Positions 11,701 to 21,884 of a stretch of DNA of 64,000 bases are shown here, piece after piece (the stretch's first letter is position 1; the number at the start of each line of letters is the position of its first letter). The notes beneath the pieces are model-generated. The model made no database searches and was not told the DNA's origin. It saw only the letters and a program-made list of their open reading frames with translations. A program made the position numbers and the translations under genes. This stretch comes from Euglena gracilis (Eukaryota), in contig CP154954.1 of NCBI GenBank assembly GCA_039621445.1, forward strand, positions 44,867,847 through 44,931,846. Reading direction: 5' to 3'.

Positions 11701-14700
11701 GACCGATTTTTTGACCCTGGCAAAAGGGCAGAGTCGGGGGCCAATCCTTTCCAGTTTGGACCCCTTCGTGGCTGAATAACTCGGGCCTGGCGGGGAGTTG
11801 GGGGTCAAACAAACGGACGTGATTTGGAAACTAGAAATCCAGTCGCTGGTGGATGAAAAAAAAATTCTGGGAACGGAGCCGGGATCATGGCGATAATCCG
11901 TGGTTTTCTGCATTGCTTCATTGTTGTTGAGGAGAAAGGTAATGATGCAAATGTCAGCAGGCGGTGGGAAAACTTTTTGGTGTCCACGTGTGAACCACAA
12001 ATATTTTTTTGGTGTCCGCAGGTGAACCAAAATTTTTTTTCTGGTGTCCACAGGTGAACCACAAAAATTTTTTTGGTGTCCATACGTGAACCACAAAAAA
12101 AAATTTGGTGTCCACAGTGAACCACAAAATGACAACCTTGGTGTACCACACTAAATGAATGTCTGGTATGCGTGGTTTGGGCCAACTCCTCGCCCAGGCC
12201 GAGATACGGCCGTTTTGCTGTTTTGGGCCAGTTTTGCCAGTTTTGGCCATTTCGGGCCTGTTCGGGGCCCGAAACCGTAAATTGACCGTATCTCGGGCTA
12301 GACGAGGAGTTGGGACCCAAACCAGGGGGTCAATCATGAGGTTTAGGGGGGGGGGTTGACCGTTTTTTGAGTTTTTTTTCCCGGGGCCTGGTTGTGCAAT
12401 TTTGAGCCAGTTTTCGGCATTCGGGGACCCCCTGCGGGGGTCCGAGGGCGGCTGGGCGAGGGGAGTCGGGAGGCATGTCGGGACCCAAATTTTGAATTTT
12501 TTTTTGCTCAAAAACACTTTTTTTTCACTTTGGAACATCAAAAAAAGCGTTTTTGAGCGAAGTATATTTTTTTTCTGATGCGGACCCCCCCATGCCCCCC
12601 CTTGGCTGGGGTCCGCCCCCCTGGCCGGTGTACTTAGCCTTTTTTGGGTCAAAAAAGTCGAAAAATTTCGAAAATTATTTTTGCCCAAAACTATATGTTT
12701 TTGACCCCCCGGACTCGAAAAAAGTGTTTTTGGGCCGAAAATGAGCGTTTTTTTTTACCCCTGTCCCCGACCTGGACTTGGCAGCCGGCCGAGCCGCCGG
12801 CCGGGCCGGGCCGGGGTGGTCTCCCAAAGAGCTCAGCTCTACGTCACACCCTGGTTGCTATAAACCCCCCCCTTTGACCGACCAACCAAACCGGATCCTG
12901 TAAACCCTAGGGGGTTATAAGTGGGGGGTTTAGGGCTGCGCATGAACCGCCTCCCAACCCTCCGCCCTCCCAGGGAGGGCGGCGCCATGCCCAGGGTCGT
13001 GCCATCAGGTTGGGTCTCCGGCCACAGCCACGGCGCCACCCACGCCGCCTGCGTGTCCGCCATGTTGAAATACGCCTCCGAGCGGTCCGGGTATGGGGTC
13101 CACGACTCGAACGTGGCTGCCAGCAGGGCGGGGTGGGCCCCACAATGGGACAGGCAGCCACACGAGAGTCCTGCCCGCCCTGGCCCCGAGGTTCCAGTCG
13201 GCATCCACGCGGTCGCGGTACATCACGCTGCTGTTGGTGAAGTGCTCCCAGAACAGGTCCCGGCGGCCCGGGAGGTCCATGCGGCTGGCACAGAAGCTCC
13301 ATTGGTTGCCGCCAGGGGGGCCCGTGGCCAACCTCAGGACCAGGGTGAGGAGGCCCCAAGAGGGGGAACCCCCGAATATAAAAAAAATTCCCGAGAAGTG
13401 AATTCGGAACCGAACTCAAATAATAAACCTCCCCATCTGCACAGTGGTGAAAGTAAGGGACACAAGCGGGGGGGGGGGGGGAAGAACAATACAAACGTCG
13501 GGCAAAGCAGAACCATTGGTGGATTGGTTGGAAAAAACATCAAATAAGCATTCATTGTTCAAAAAAGCCCAAACACGTAAAAAGAAAATGGGCTTGGGGG
13601 CTGGGTGAGGTCCTTTTTTGGGCAATGTTTGCGTTAAACAATTCACCCCCCCCCCCCGGCTCCGACGTCAGGCATCCAAATAATAAACCTGGATTGCAAA
13701 ACTTGAGGGGTCAGGATGTGTTGATGGCAGCAATTTAATCCAACAGGATTCCATGCCACTTTGCTGAATCCCCCACCTTTGAGCGCCACAGTCTTGCTCA
13801 CCCAAAGGGCGACTTTGCACAAAAGTGTATCGAACCAAAATTCATCTTCGACGATTCGTCCCTGTTGATAAATGGAAAAAATGGAGTTACAGCTGGAGAA
13901 ATACTCATTTGCATTCATTTAGGCGAGGGGTGGGTAGCCTTGGAACCACCTTTGAACAACACATGATGTAAATCTGTCAAGGCTGAGAGTGCAGTGACTC
14001 TGCCACGGCTGAAAATGACCAAAAATGGCCTGAAACTCTCTCCGTCTGCGTTGACATAGATTCCCTGCATAAAATCACTGACCCTGACTGCTCCCTGATC
14101 CCCTTCATGCGGGGTCCTGAATGAGCAGGATCGGAGTTTGCAAAACAAAATTTGTATGATGCAGGAGATTCTGAACCCTCCTGCCCTGTCATACCAGTGG
14201 CCAGGGGCAGGGGAGGGTATTAATATGAAGCTGCCCCCAAAAAAATTGTCTAGAACCTTTTCCCCTCTGGTTTGGATTACTCCATCCGTTCATTCAAGCG
14301 GAGGGGCAGTCCCCAAGGAAGGGAGCACCAGCTGTCCCAAGGGCCCCCTGGGCGCCCGGGGCATACTCCTCCGGGTACGTGGTGCAGATGCCGCCGGCCC
14401 GCTTCGCCACCCCCTCCATCCAGGGCAGCATGACCCACTTTGGGGCTGGCCCGGCCCTCCCTCGGCAGCCCAGCCATCCCATGTCCCCGTTCGCCGGCGC
14501 AACGCAGTAAACCGGGACCGGCCCCGCCCCGGCACTTCCTCGAGCATTCGCGCCACCGTTCGCAGGAAGTCGAACGGAGAAGGCACCGGAGCCGACGGTT
14601 GGAATGGAAACAGATCCAGACGCACGGAACGAGCGGGAGGCCCGGCCCGGCCAGGCGCGGCTCGAGCAGGCGCCCCACCAGCGGGCCCTTCTCATGTCGC

Positions 14701-16877
14701 AGCCACCGGTCCCCGGCGGGAGGGCGGCCCCCACCAACCCCGCCCCGTCCTCCGGCGCGCTGCACCGAGAATGGATCGTCGGGTCATTGCCCCCCCTCTG
14801 GCAGAGGCAGGGCTGACAGATTCTTGGGCATGACACGCATGGCAGACATCAAACAGAAATTTATCAGGTACAGAGAGGAATGGGTGGAGAAGCATCTTTT
14901 TCATAGGGATCGTCGCAAGGAAGGGCTGTGGATGCATTTCAGCTTCGAGACTGAACTCAGGCACTCGGGCGGCCCCATGCCCCGTGGAATGTGCCGGCAC
15001 CTTCTCATGGACCTGCACGACTGCTTTGGCCCTCAGCCGTCAGCCTTCCTGGAGCGGAGCCGGCCCCCCGGGCCATGAAGGTGATCCAGTAGTCCGCCTC
15101 GTCCAGCGCGGCCTGGAGGTTGGCGTACAGCACGTGGAACTGCTGCGCCGACACCTCCGCCAGCAGGTCGTACCCCAGCGCCTGCGTCTTGAAGGCGCTC
15201 ACCGCTGCCTGCCGGACCCCTGCCGCCCCGGCTCACCCCGGGCCGGCCGGGCCGCCGATGCCCCCGGCCAGCCGGACGCAAGCTGGATCGGCTGCCTCCG
15301 AACAGCGCCCCGGCCTGAGTTCCGCCTAACTGCCGATGGCTTTGCCCCATCCACCAAGGGGGGAGAATCAAGGCACCGCATTGGGTAGAGTGTTCTCATG
15401 GGCTTTGTCTGTCCTGCTGGGTTTTTTCCTCTCTATCCCCTTCACTTCCCTTTGGTATGGGAACTCTTTCAAGGTCGTGGGGGCGGAGCGCCGACATCTT
15501 CCATCATTTTAAATGAAGAAAATAGAGAATTGTCAAAAAATAAAAAAAAAAAAAAAGGGAGGATATTCAGCAGCTGTTTGCGCTCGGTGTTTTAAGACAG
15601 AAATTGTGCTATGGGTGTTACTTTGATTGACTTTATTATTACTTTTCTCACGCCAACGCGCCAAAACAACACGTCAAAGGAAGCTGTCCCTGTGTGGCAG
15701 TGCACCTGCTCAGGTGCATTGTCCGGCTGGCTGGCTGTGCCCGACATTCGGCTTGAACACTGCTGATTTGCCACCACCATCTGATACTGCCTTGATTTCA
15801 TTGAGGGTTGAAGACACTCCTTATGAATGCAAGAGGTTGTTGCTAATCACATAGTGCATGGACTTCTCCCCTGGAGCAAAAAAAAAAACGACCAGGATCT
15901 GAGGTTCTGGGGGCGTGCAAATGTGTGGAACACAACGGCCGCAAGACACGACCTTGTGTGTGTGTGCAGGGAAAAAAAGTTGGGGGAAAAAGTTGGGGAG
16001 GGAGGGTCGGGCCGACCCACTACCCCCCCCCCCCACCCGCCAATCTAACCGTTTAAAACAACAATGTTTCCAGCTGAGAAACCGCTTCCTGTGTCGAAAT
16101 TTTAAAAGCATCCATAAATACAATCGTTTGAAAGCGCCAAAGCGGGGGATGGAGAAGGGCCCGGGCCATCACGGGGGTGGTGCTGACCACGGTGCCGGCA
16201 AGGCCGCCCGCCAGTCACCCAGACACCTCACCTGTGCAGCACCCCGTCACGTGTACAGCTGCTGCCCAGGGTTGACCGGAGTTCGAGAGAAGGACGAGGG
16301 AACTGGTGGAGGTCGGTTTCCTGTGGTTAGGGCGCCTGCCACTCCCCTCCGCATGCGTTTTCCGCCAAAAGAAGCCCAAAAGAAGCATCCGCGCCTTGGG
16401 CGATGGAGATGGCCAGGAGGCACGTCAGCAGCAACACCGGCATCGGTGGCAACCTGCGTGGGGGCTCTGGGGGACTGGGTAAACTGGAAGCTGGTGCGGG
16501 GACAGGGATGGGGAGAGCAGAAATGTCCTCCCTCAGGTTCTGAACCCCAATGACTGATTTTTGACAGGCAGAAACAAAGGCCAAAAATCCCTGCCGTCTG
16601 CTGATGTTGTGCTTCTTGGCATGATTTTGTCAAAATGATGTTAAAAAAAGAACTCTCCGTTTCACGGAGCTGGAGGGGAGTGCAACAACATTGGGCGGTG
16701 GACCCGACCGCAGCTTGCGCATGAACCTCTTCGAGGTGTGGGGGACGGCGGCGGCGCCAGCCAGGCCCGTGTCGCTGGGCAGGGCCTTCGCCATCTCCAC
16801 CGTGGAGAAGGACGGGTTGCAGGACCCCGCCGGGGAGTGGCTGCTGCTCCGCGGCATACGGGCTGGGGGACCGGCCA
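336..16877 (-). CDS. Gene A: multi-exon receptor-type class III adenylate cyclase (TM1, Cache-like ectodomain, TM2, HAMP, cyclase); 3' end beyond the left window edge, 5' start not resolved
   Basis: Exons join to ...LPPMPVLLLTCLLAISIA (TM1)...AYLVDDRGTLIAA...YRLVLATPYS...WSVALLVIISVTSLAAVALVAVLF (TM2) TNKMIASPLRKVAWDMHR...RELGLMMESFAKMR (HAMP)...TVFFLDIENFT...VIDKYIGDCVMAFWN (cyclase motifs). Exons are GC-rich, separated by repeat-filled introns. Confidence 0.85.
560..2263. mobile_element. Non-autonomous hAT-like TIR element, 1.7 kb, AT-rich core
   Basis: 13-bp TIR CAAGCACCTATAG/CTATAGGTGCTTG; 8-bp TSD GCAGTGGG (552-559, 2264-2271); subterminal (TTTTAGGCCA)n arrays at ~591-668 and ~2104-2250. 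Confidence 0.9.
1023..1276. repeat. Long AT-rich foldback (~115-bp arms, ~20-nt loop)
   Basis: 1023-1139 is the near-perfect reverse complement of ~1160-1276. Confidence 0.85.
2727..2958 (-). CDS. Gene A exon RFLPVEVLQ...TVFFLDIENFT...VIDKYIG (cyclase N-half)
   Basis: Within ORF 2499-3086(-); class III cyclase FxDIxxFT and DKYIG motifs; 5' boundary uncertain by a few nt. Confidence 0.9.
3543..3597 (-). CDS. Gene A exon ELGLMMESFAKMRIMLDTV (HAMP helix 2)
   Basis: Near-identical to the second half of gene B exon 50390-50514. Confidence 0.85.
3598..4190 (-). other. Nonconventional intron specific to gene A
   Basis: GGC-CAGATTTCTTTTTG...CAAAAAGGGAGCCTG-GCCGG; absent in gene B. Confidence 0.85.
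4191..4260 (-). CDS. Gene A exon WDMHRCVELDVVGTAVPRGTCVR (HAMP helix 1 and connector)
   Basis: Near-identical to the first half of gene B exon 50390-50514. Confidence 0.85.
4549..4817. mobile_element. hAT-like MITE
   Basis: CAGGGGTTTTTTAAG...CTAAAAAATCCCCTG; 8-bp TSD ATGCCAAG. Confidence 0.92.
5323..5625. mobile_element. hAT-like MITE
   Basis: CAGGCTGTTTTTTA...TAAAATACAGCCTG; 8-bp TSD ATGGTTTG. Confidence 0.92.
5685..5828 (-). CDS. Gene A exon: TM2 plus HAMP start (WSVALLVIISVTSLAAVALVAVLFTNKMIASPLRKVA)
   Basis: Hydrophobic helix of over 20 aa followed by a PLxxV HAMP start; boundaries approximate. Confidence 0.8.
6595..6645 (-). CDS. Gene A exon GDATPYRLVLATPYS (end of ectodomain); duplicate at ~19775-19825
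   Basis: GC-rich; resembles the last beta strand of Cache domains before TM2; boundaries approximate. Confidence 0.55.
7755..7900 (-). CDS. Gene A exon GDELLDAASSDCAVVADTFRALPPP; duplicate at ~20936-21081
   Basis: Open GC3-rich frame; boundaries approximate. Confidence 0.55.
8310..8435 (-). CDS. Gene A exon ADWAALLHSAVQRFSGGAAGASTAYLVDDRGTLIAATC; duplicate at ~21488-21613
   Basis: AYLVDxxGxLIA resembles the membrane-proximal module of dCache domains. Confidence 0.7.
8556..8712. repeat. (GC)n-(GT)n-(GC)n microsatellite; duplicate at 21733-21889
   Basis: Direct reading. Confidence 0.95.
9005..9106 (-). CDS. Gene A exon AEGPWRPTFTEVGQYRMTRVNGTRVLHFVWVQDA; duplicate at ~22178-22279
   Basis: GC3-rich open frame flanked by nonconventional intron stems. 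Confidence 0.65.
9570..9670 (+). repeat. ~30-bp minisatellite TTTTGGTGTCCACAGGTGAACCACAAAA; also at ~11975-12130 and in copy 2
   Basis: Direct reading; both arrays are followed by CACTAAATGAATGTCTGG. Confidence 0.85.
9790..10230 (+). repeat. GGGGTGACAAWTT and GGGGCGTCAATTGCCC repeat clusters (subterminal-type repeats)
   Basis: Direct reading; 18-bp tandem at ~10170-10230. Confidence 0.8.
12174..12323. repeat. Short inverted-repeat element (~38-bp arms); duplicate at ~25337-25486
   Basis: GGTTTGGGCCAACTCCTCGCCCAGGCCGAGATACGG pairs with CCGTATCTCGGGCTAGACGAGGAGTTGGGACCCAAACC. Confidence 0.7.
12968..13333 (-). CDS. Gene A, two exons (LATGPPGGNQWSFCASRMDL...DADWNL and AATFESWTPYPDRSEAYFNMADTQAAWVAPWLW) split by a short intron; duplicate at ~26131-26496
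   Basis: Two GC3-rich frames (ORFs 13005-13331 and 12839-13204). Confidence 0.6.
14360..15315 (-). CDS. Gene A cluster of small ectodomain exons (AAVSAFKTQALGYDLLAEVSAQQ...WITFMAR; PSPFDFLRTVARMLEEVP; VYCVAPANGDMGWLG; VMLPWMEGVAKRAGGICTTYPEEY); duplicate at ~27525-28466
   Basis: GC3-rich segments in alternating frames; exact junctions unresolved. Confidence 0.5.
16395..16877 (-). CDS. Gene A N-terminal exons (...SKRFMRKLR|LPPMPVLLLTCLLAISIAQ, TM1) joined by a conventional GT-AG intron at 16454-16708; duplicate at ~29533-30012
   Basis: CG|GT...CAG|G join is in frame; basic residues precede a hydrophobic helix. Confidence 0.65.
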
Positions 16878-18794
16878 CTGCAACGGGAAGTGGGGCGGAG
16901 GGGCAGGGGGGTTGACAGAAGACCCAGATGGCCCAATCCTGACACTGCCGAAAGCCGGAAAAAATATTTTCTAATTTAATAATAATGAATAATAATAGTT
17001 GGGATTTGTCAGCCCCCATGTCCTCAAACTTGAAGAAAAAAAAAACAAAAGATGCAAGCATGCAAAGCCCCACAATAATACAGGACATGGTTGGAGGAGT
17101 CAAATCCTGCCAGGACTCATCAGCTGGGTGATCGCCGCTCCTGGGCTCGCAGTCAGGCCGTGCCTGCTTTACCTGTACTGGCATGACGGTTGTTTGCATT
17201 TCCTTGGGGAGAAGGGCAGTGGTTGATCAGCAGCCCCCTGCCTTTGGTCTTGCTTCCTCCAAGGGGTCACTCCATGCGGAGGCTGCTGGAGCACACTTCA
17301 GGTTATGTTCGGTCAAAAAATTCAGTGTTAAGAAAGGGGACAAAAGTTAAAACCCGTATTTCCCAAAAACTTAGCCATATTTAGCCATATACATTAAAAA
17401 GTAGCTATATTTTGGCTTTTGTGCCGAAAATTTCTGGCTTAAGGCCCCCTGGCACAGGACTCCCCGTGCCAGGGAGGCGTCCAAAATAAAAAGAAACTTA
17501 GTGGCAGTACTGTGGGTACTGCATGCGTTGACCTCCTGTTTTCCCCCTTGTCGAATTCAATGGCCGCAATACCAGAAATCGCCAACTTTACTTACTTTGA
17601 ATATAATTGGCTGGAAAGATTTAACAGCCCGCAGTGCCAGCGAGCTTGGGATCCTGTGAGATGCAGGGGAGGGGGGAGGACAGCCGAAGAACTTCCAAAA
17701 GTGGCAATGTGGAAATAAACCAAAAAAAGAGATTAATTCCGAAAAAATTCTGTTTTCCTGGAGATCGTGCAATTTTATTGAAACCCAAAATCATATGCTC
17801 TGGAATGGCTGCTTCAAAAAATTTCTTCTGACGTTGCTGGGGTGACAGAGTCAGATCTTCGCAGAATGCTCCAGCCCACAACCTGAGCCCGCCCCGAGTG
17901 CTTAGCGGCTTCAAACAGCTGCTAAACCGCTTCTAATAAGGCCAGCCGCAAGTTTACAGGGGAACCCCGGAACACAAACGGCGAAGACGAAAGGGGGCAG
18001 GGGGGGAGGAACGAGCAGGTCCCACAGGGGAAGCCCCTGCAACGGATGGCAGCGAAGATAAGGGAGGGGAGGGTGGGGGGCCGGGGTCCCCGACAGCGGA
18101 CGGGGTTTGGAAGACGGCCGAAAGGGGGGAAGGGAGGTCCGCCAGCGGGGACTGAGAAAGGGGGGAACGGAGGGACGCAGGGAAGACGGGCGGGATCGGG
18201 GGGGGGGGGGGACACCAGGAGAGTGCCCGGGGGCCCTCTCTGGGGCAGGGGCACCGGGGGGCTTGGGCAAAAGTTGACACTTTTCGACCGTTGGTCGGCA
18301 CAAACCATCCGACACCGGGACAATTTCACGCCATTGTAATCATGCCTGAAACAATATTCATTTTTTCCTTCAACTTGAGAAATGTGCCTTTTCCAACAAA
18401 ACATGTTAAAATCCTCAAAAAAAATTGCCTAGACAGGTGAAGAGAAAAGTACCAACAAGGAGCAAGCACAGAGGGTGGAGAAGGACATCGGGCGGGGGGG
18501 GGGGGAGGTGTCCCATATTCCTTTTAGAAGCTTTCATAAAATCGCCATAAACAGATGAGATCCAAGAAAAAAACAAAATAATGTCAGAAATGTGCCTGAT
18601 CCAACCCTGTAAGGCCAGACAGCCGCGGGATGTCACATAGAACATGGAAAAGAAAGTGGGTGGTCGGACTGTTGGCAGTTTTGTCAAGGGTAATCCCTGG
18701 ACTATCAACACGATTCAAAACCAATTCATCCTCCCCGCTGATAAATTCAAAAATCAAAATCAACCTGCACTGCACACACACGGAAACACAGATA

Positions 18795-18796
18795 CA

Positions 18797-18850
<54 letters not shown>

Positions 18851-19100
18851 GATGGGATGTATGTATGCATACACACATGTGAAAATATGTGCACATATGT
18901 AAATACATACATGCATGATGCACATAATTACGCACACCTGCAACCGACCCTCCGACCTACTGACCTACAGACATGTCTCCATACATACATGCATGCATAC
19001 ATACATACATACATACATACATACATACATACATACATACATACATACATACATACATGCATGCATACATGCATGCATACATACATACATACATACATAC
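18795..19100. repeat. (CA)n(GA)n and (ACAT)n microsatellites; duplicate at ~31926-32228
   Basis: Direct reading. Confidence 0.95.
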
Positions 19101-19644
19101 CTCCCCCCCCCCCTTGTCCAACGACCACTAATGTTCGTCTCTGACCGGGGGGGCTGTCGCTAAAATGGCCAATGTTCGTCTCCGACCAGGGGGGGGTGGT
19201 CGTTAGACAAGCGGGGTGGACCACAAGTCGGAGGAAAATTTGCCATAGATGGGGGTATATGGCCATTTTTGGGCTGTTTTTGGCCATTTATGCTATTTCT
19301 TGACTACGGTTGGCCACTTTTGGCCATTTTGGAAATTTTTTGAGCGCTTTTGGGAATTTTTAGGCATTTTTGACCACTTTTTGCCATGTTTGGTCGCTTT
19401 TGGCCACTTTTGGCAACTGTTGGCCACACTTTGGCCCCCTTTGACCGTTTTTGGCCACTTTAGGCTGTTTTTGGTTACTTTTGGCCATTTTTGCCTTATT
19501 TTTGCTATTTTTGGCAACTTTTTGGGCACCTTTGGCCATCCCTTAGCCATTTTAAGCCATTTTGGATTTTTTTGACTGTTTTTAGCCAACTTTTACCAAT
19601 TTTGGCCGAACCAACAACATCGTATACAAAAAGATCATCTCTGA

Positions 19645-21817
19645 TTATCCGATCGCCATTCGCACAGTTCAGTTCGTGTGGGTCATCATGGGGGCTCCGT
19701 TAGGCACAGCCCTCGACCACACAGGTGGGGAGGGCCACTTTCTTGGAGAGAGAAAGAGGCGGCCCCCGGTCTGCACTGTACGGCGTGGCGAGCACGAGGC
19801 GGTACGGCGTGGCGTCCCCCCGGGATGGGGGCGGGGCTTGGTTACATCGCCCCGGGGCTGCAGAAAAGAAATGCGAGTGAACCAACAGGAACTGTCGAGA
19901 ACGCAGCTGGAAAAAAAACTGGAGGGGGCGGCATGGCACCATGTCCAGGCCAAAACAAAACCAGTTGCCATCTGGCAGATGTTAAAAATTAAAATGCGAC
20001 AACAAATGAAGACATTGCAACAAAAACTTTGAAAAGGCAAAGAGGATGGAATTGTGTTGTGCATCCCCTCGTACGTTGTGCAACTCCTGTTGCCAACTCC
20101 TGTTGCCGATGCCCTCGCACGCAACTGTTCGGGGGCCCTAATATAACAAAATCCCTGTGCCTGTTTGTGTGCAACTCCTGTGTGTGTGCAACTCTCTTTT
20201 GTTGCCGATACCCTTTCATACGAAACTTTTCGGACGGCCCAAAAATAACAAAACCTCTTGTGATACATATGCCCTGTGTGTGCATCACCCTTTTGTTGCC
20301 AATGCCCTTTCGTATGCAACTGTTCGGATGCCCTAAAATTACAAAACTGTTGCATATGCCCTGTGTAGAAAGGAATTTTACCGTATTTTTTATGATAAAT
20401 TATTATTCAGTTTTATGATAATAATTATTTTGGATACATTCCTAATAAAATTGAGAAATAACTTCCATGCTAATGAAATCAAAATGCATCAGATATGTTT
20501 CTAGTGTGAGACAAGTTCTCTGGGATCTTATTCACAACTTCAAATGTATTTTAAAAATGGTAAAAAAGAAAACATTTCAAATATATGTACACATTACTTT
20601 ATTATTTCTTTAAAAATTGATATACCAGCCTTTACAAAAAAAAAACATAAAAAAATCCTGGAAATTCAAAAAAAACATGCAAAGAATGTGCAAAAAGTAT
20701 GAGCAAAATTGAAAAATTTCCGAAAGAAATCATCTCCAGCTCGCAGCCAACAGCAGAAAAAAAATTTGCGAGCTTCGAGAAAGTGCTCAATTTTGTCAAA
20801 AGATTGCCATGCCAAAAGAGCAAAGCTGGCAGTACAGGCCAGGAACCAACAGACACTTCACCGAGCCTGTCGTGAAACAGCACCTACAGCTGTGAGATCA
20901 ATCCCCGGGAGTGACGACCCGCTGCCAGCTGATGAGGTGGCAGCCGCCCCGGTCGGAGTCCAGGCTGCCCGACGTCGCGGCCGGGGAGGGGGGCGGCAGC
21001 GCGCGGAACGTGTCCGCCACCACGGCGCAGTCGGAGCTAGCCGCGTCCAGCAGCTCGTCGCCTCGGTGGGTGGCACCAGAGGCGGCTCCATAGGTGGACG
21101 GGGTTCAGAGCAAAGTTTTTTCAGGATCTGGGGGGTCTGGCACACACCTGCCAACACAGCACAAGGCTGGGGGGGGTCCCATCCTCAGTCTAACGCAAAA
21201 TCTGGCGGGGGCGGACCCACCCACCCAGCCAGTCACCTACCCCCCCCCCAGTCACCAACCTGGAAAAAAAAATGTCTCTGGTTCACCATACGTGGGGTCT
21301 GGAAATCGGAGGGGGGAGGGAGTTTGTTGACAACGGAGATGAAAACTTCCACAAACATTGACAATGCTGGCACTCCCCCGGAATGGCATGATTTGACTAC
21401 ACCAATTGGAACGATGGATGCCCAAGGCTGGGGCACGGGTTGTTAAATCCCCCCCATGAGTGTCAGGTGTGGCCCGGTGGAGGGCCCCTGCCCGGAGCCA
21501 CACGTGGCGGCGATCAGCGTGCCGCGGTCGTCCACGAGGTACGCCGTGGAGGCCCCCGCCGCCCCGCCGCTGAACCGCTGCACCGCGGAGTGGAGCAGCG
21601 CCGCCCAGTCAGCCCCCCAGGGCCTCGCCCCGCAACCAAACTCTGTCGACCCAGACCCTCTCCCCAGTGCTGCCGAGCGAAAGATCATCGAGGGCACAGC
21701 ATTTCTGTGTGTGTTCCACGCCCGCAATTGAATGCGTGCGTGCGCGCGCGCGCGCGCGCGTGTGTGTGTGTGTCTGTGTGTGTGTGTCTGTGTGTGTGTG
21801 TGTGTGTCTGTGTGTGT

Positions 21818-21884
<67 letters not shown>

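Larger units (their letters stand above)
9107..12967 (-). other. Probable nonconventional intron (CGG...CTG) filled with nested repeats
   Basis: GGG-CGGAGGGTTGG...CCGACTTCTG-GAGAT; 3+5 removal keeps the frame (SLG|AEG). Confidence 0.5.
6463..19644 (+). repeat. Tandem segmental duplication, copy 1 (~13.2 kb)
   Basis: Collinear near-identity with 19645-32771; paired ORFs in the track. Confidence 0.95.

Noticed and set aside
11975-12130. CRISPR-like array of ~30-bp units
   Set aside because: Units abut with only A/T-run variation, there are no unique spacers or cas genes, and the context is a eukaryotic intron; it is a minisatellite
11398-12688. 245-aa and 244-aa minus-strand ORFs (and their duplicates)
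   Set aside because: Composed of repeat and minisatellite sequence with A/T runs; no protein motifs
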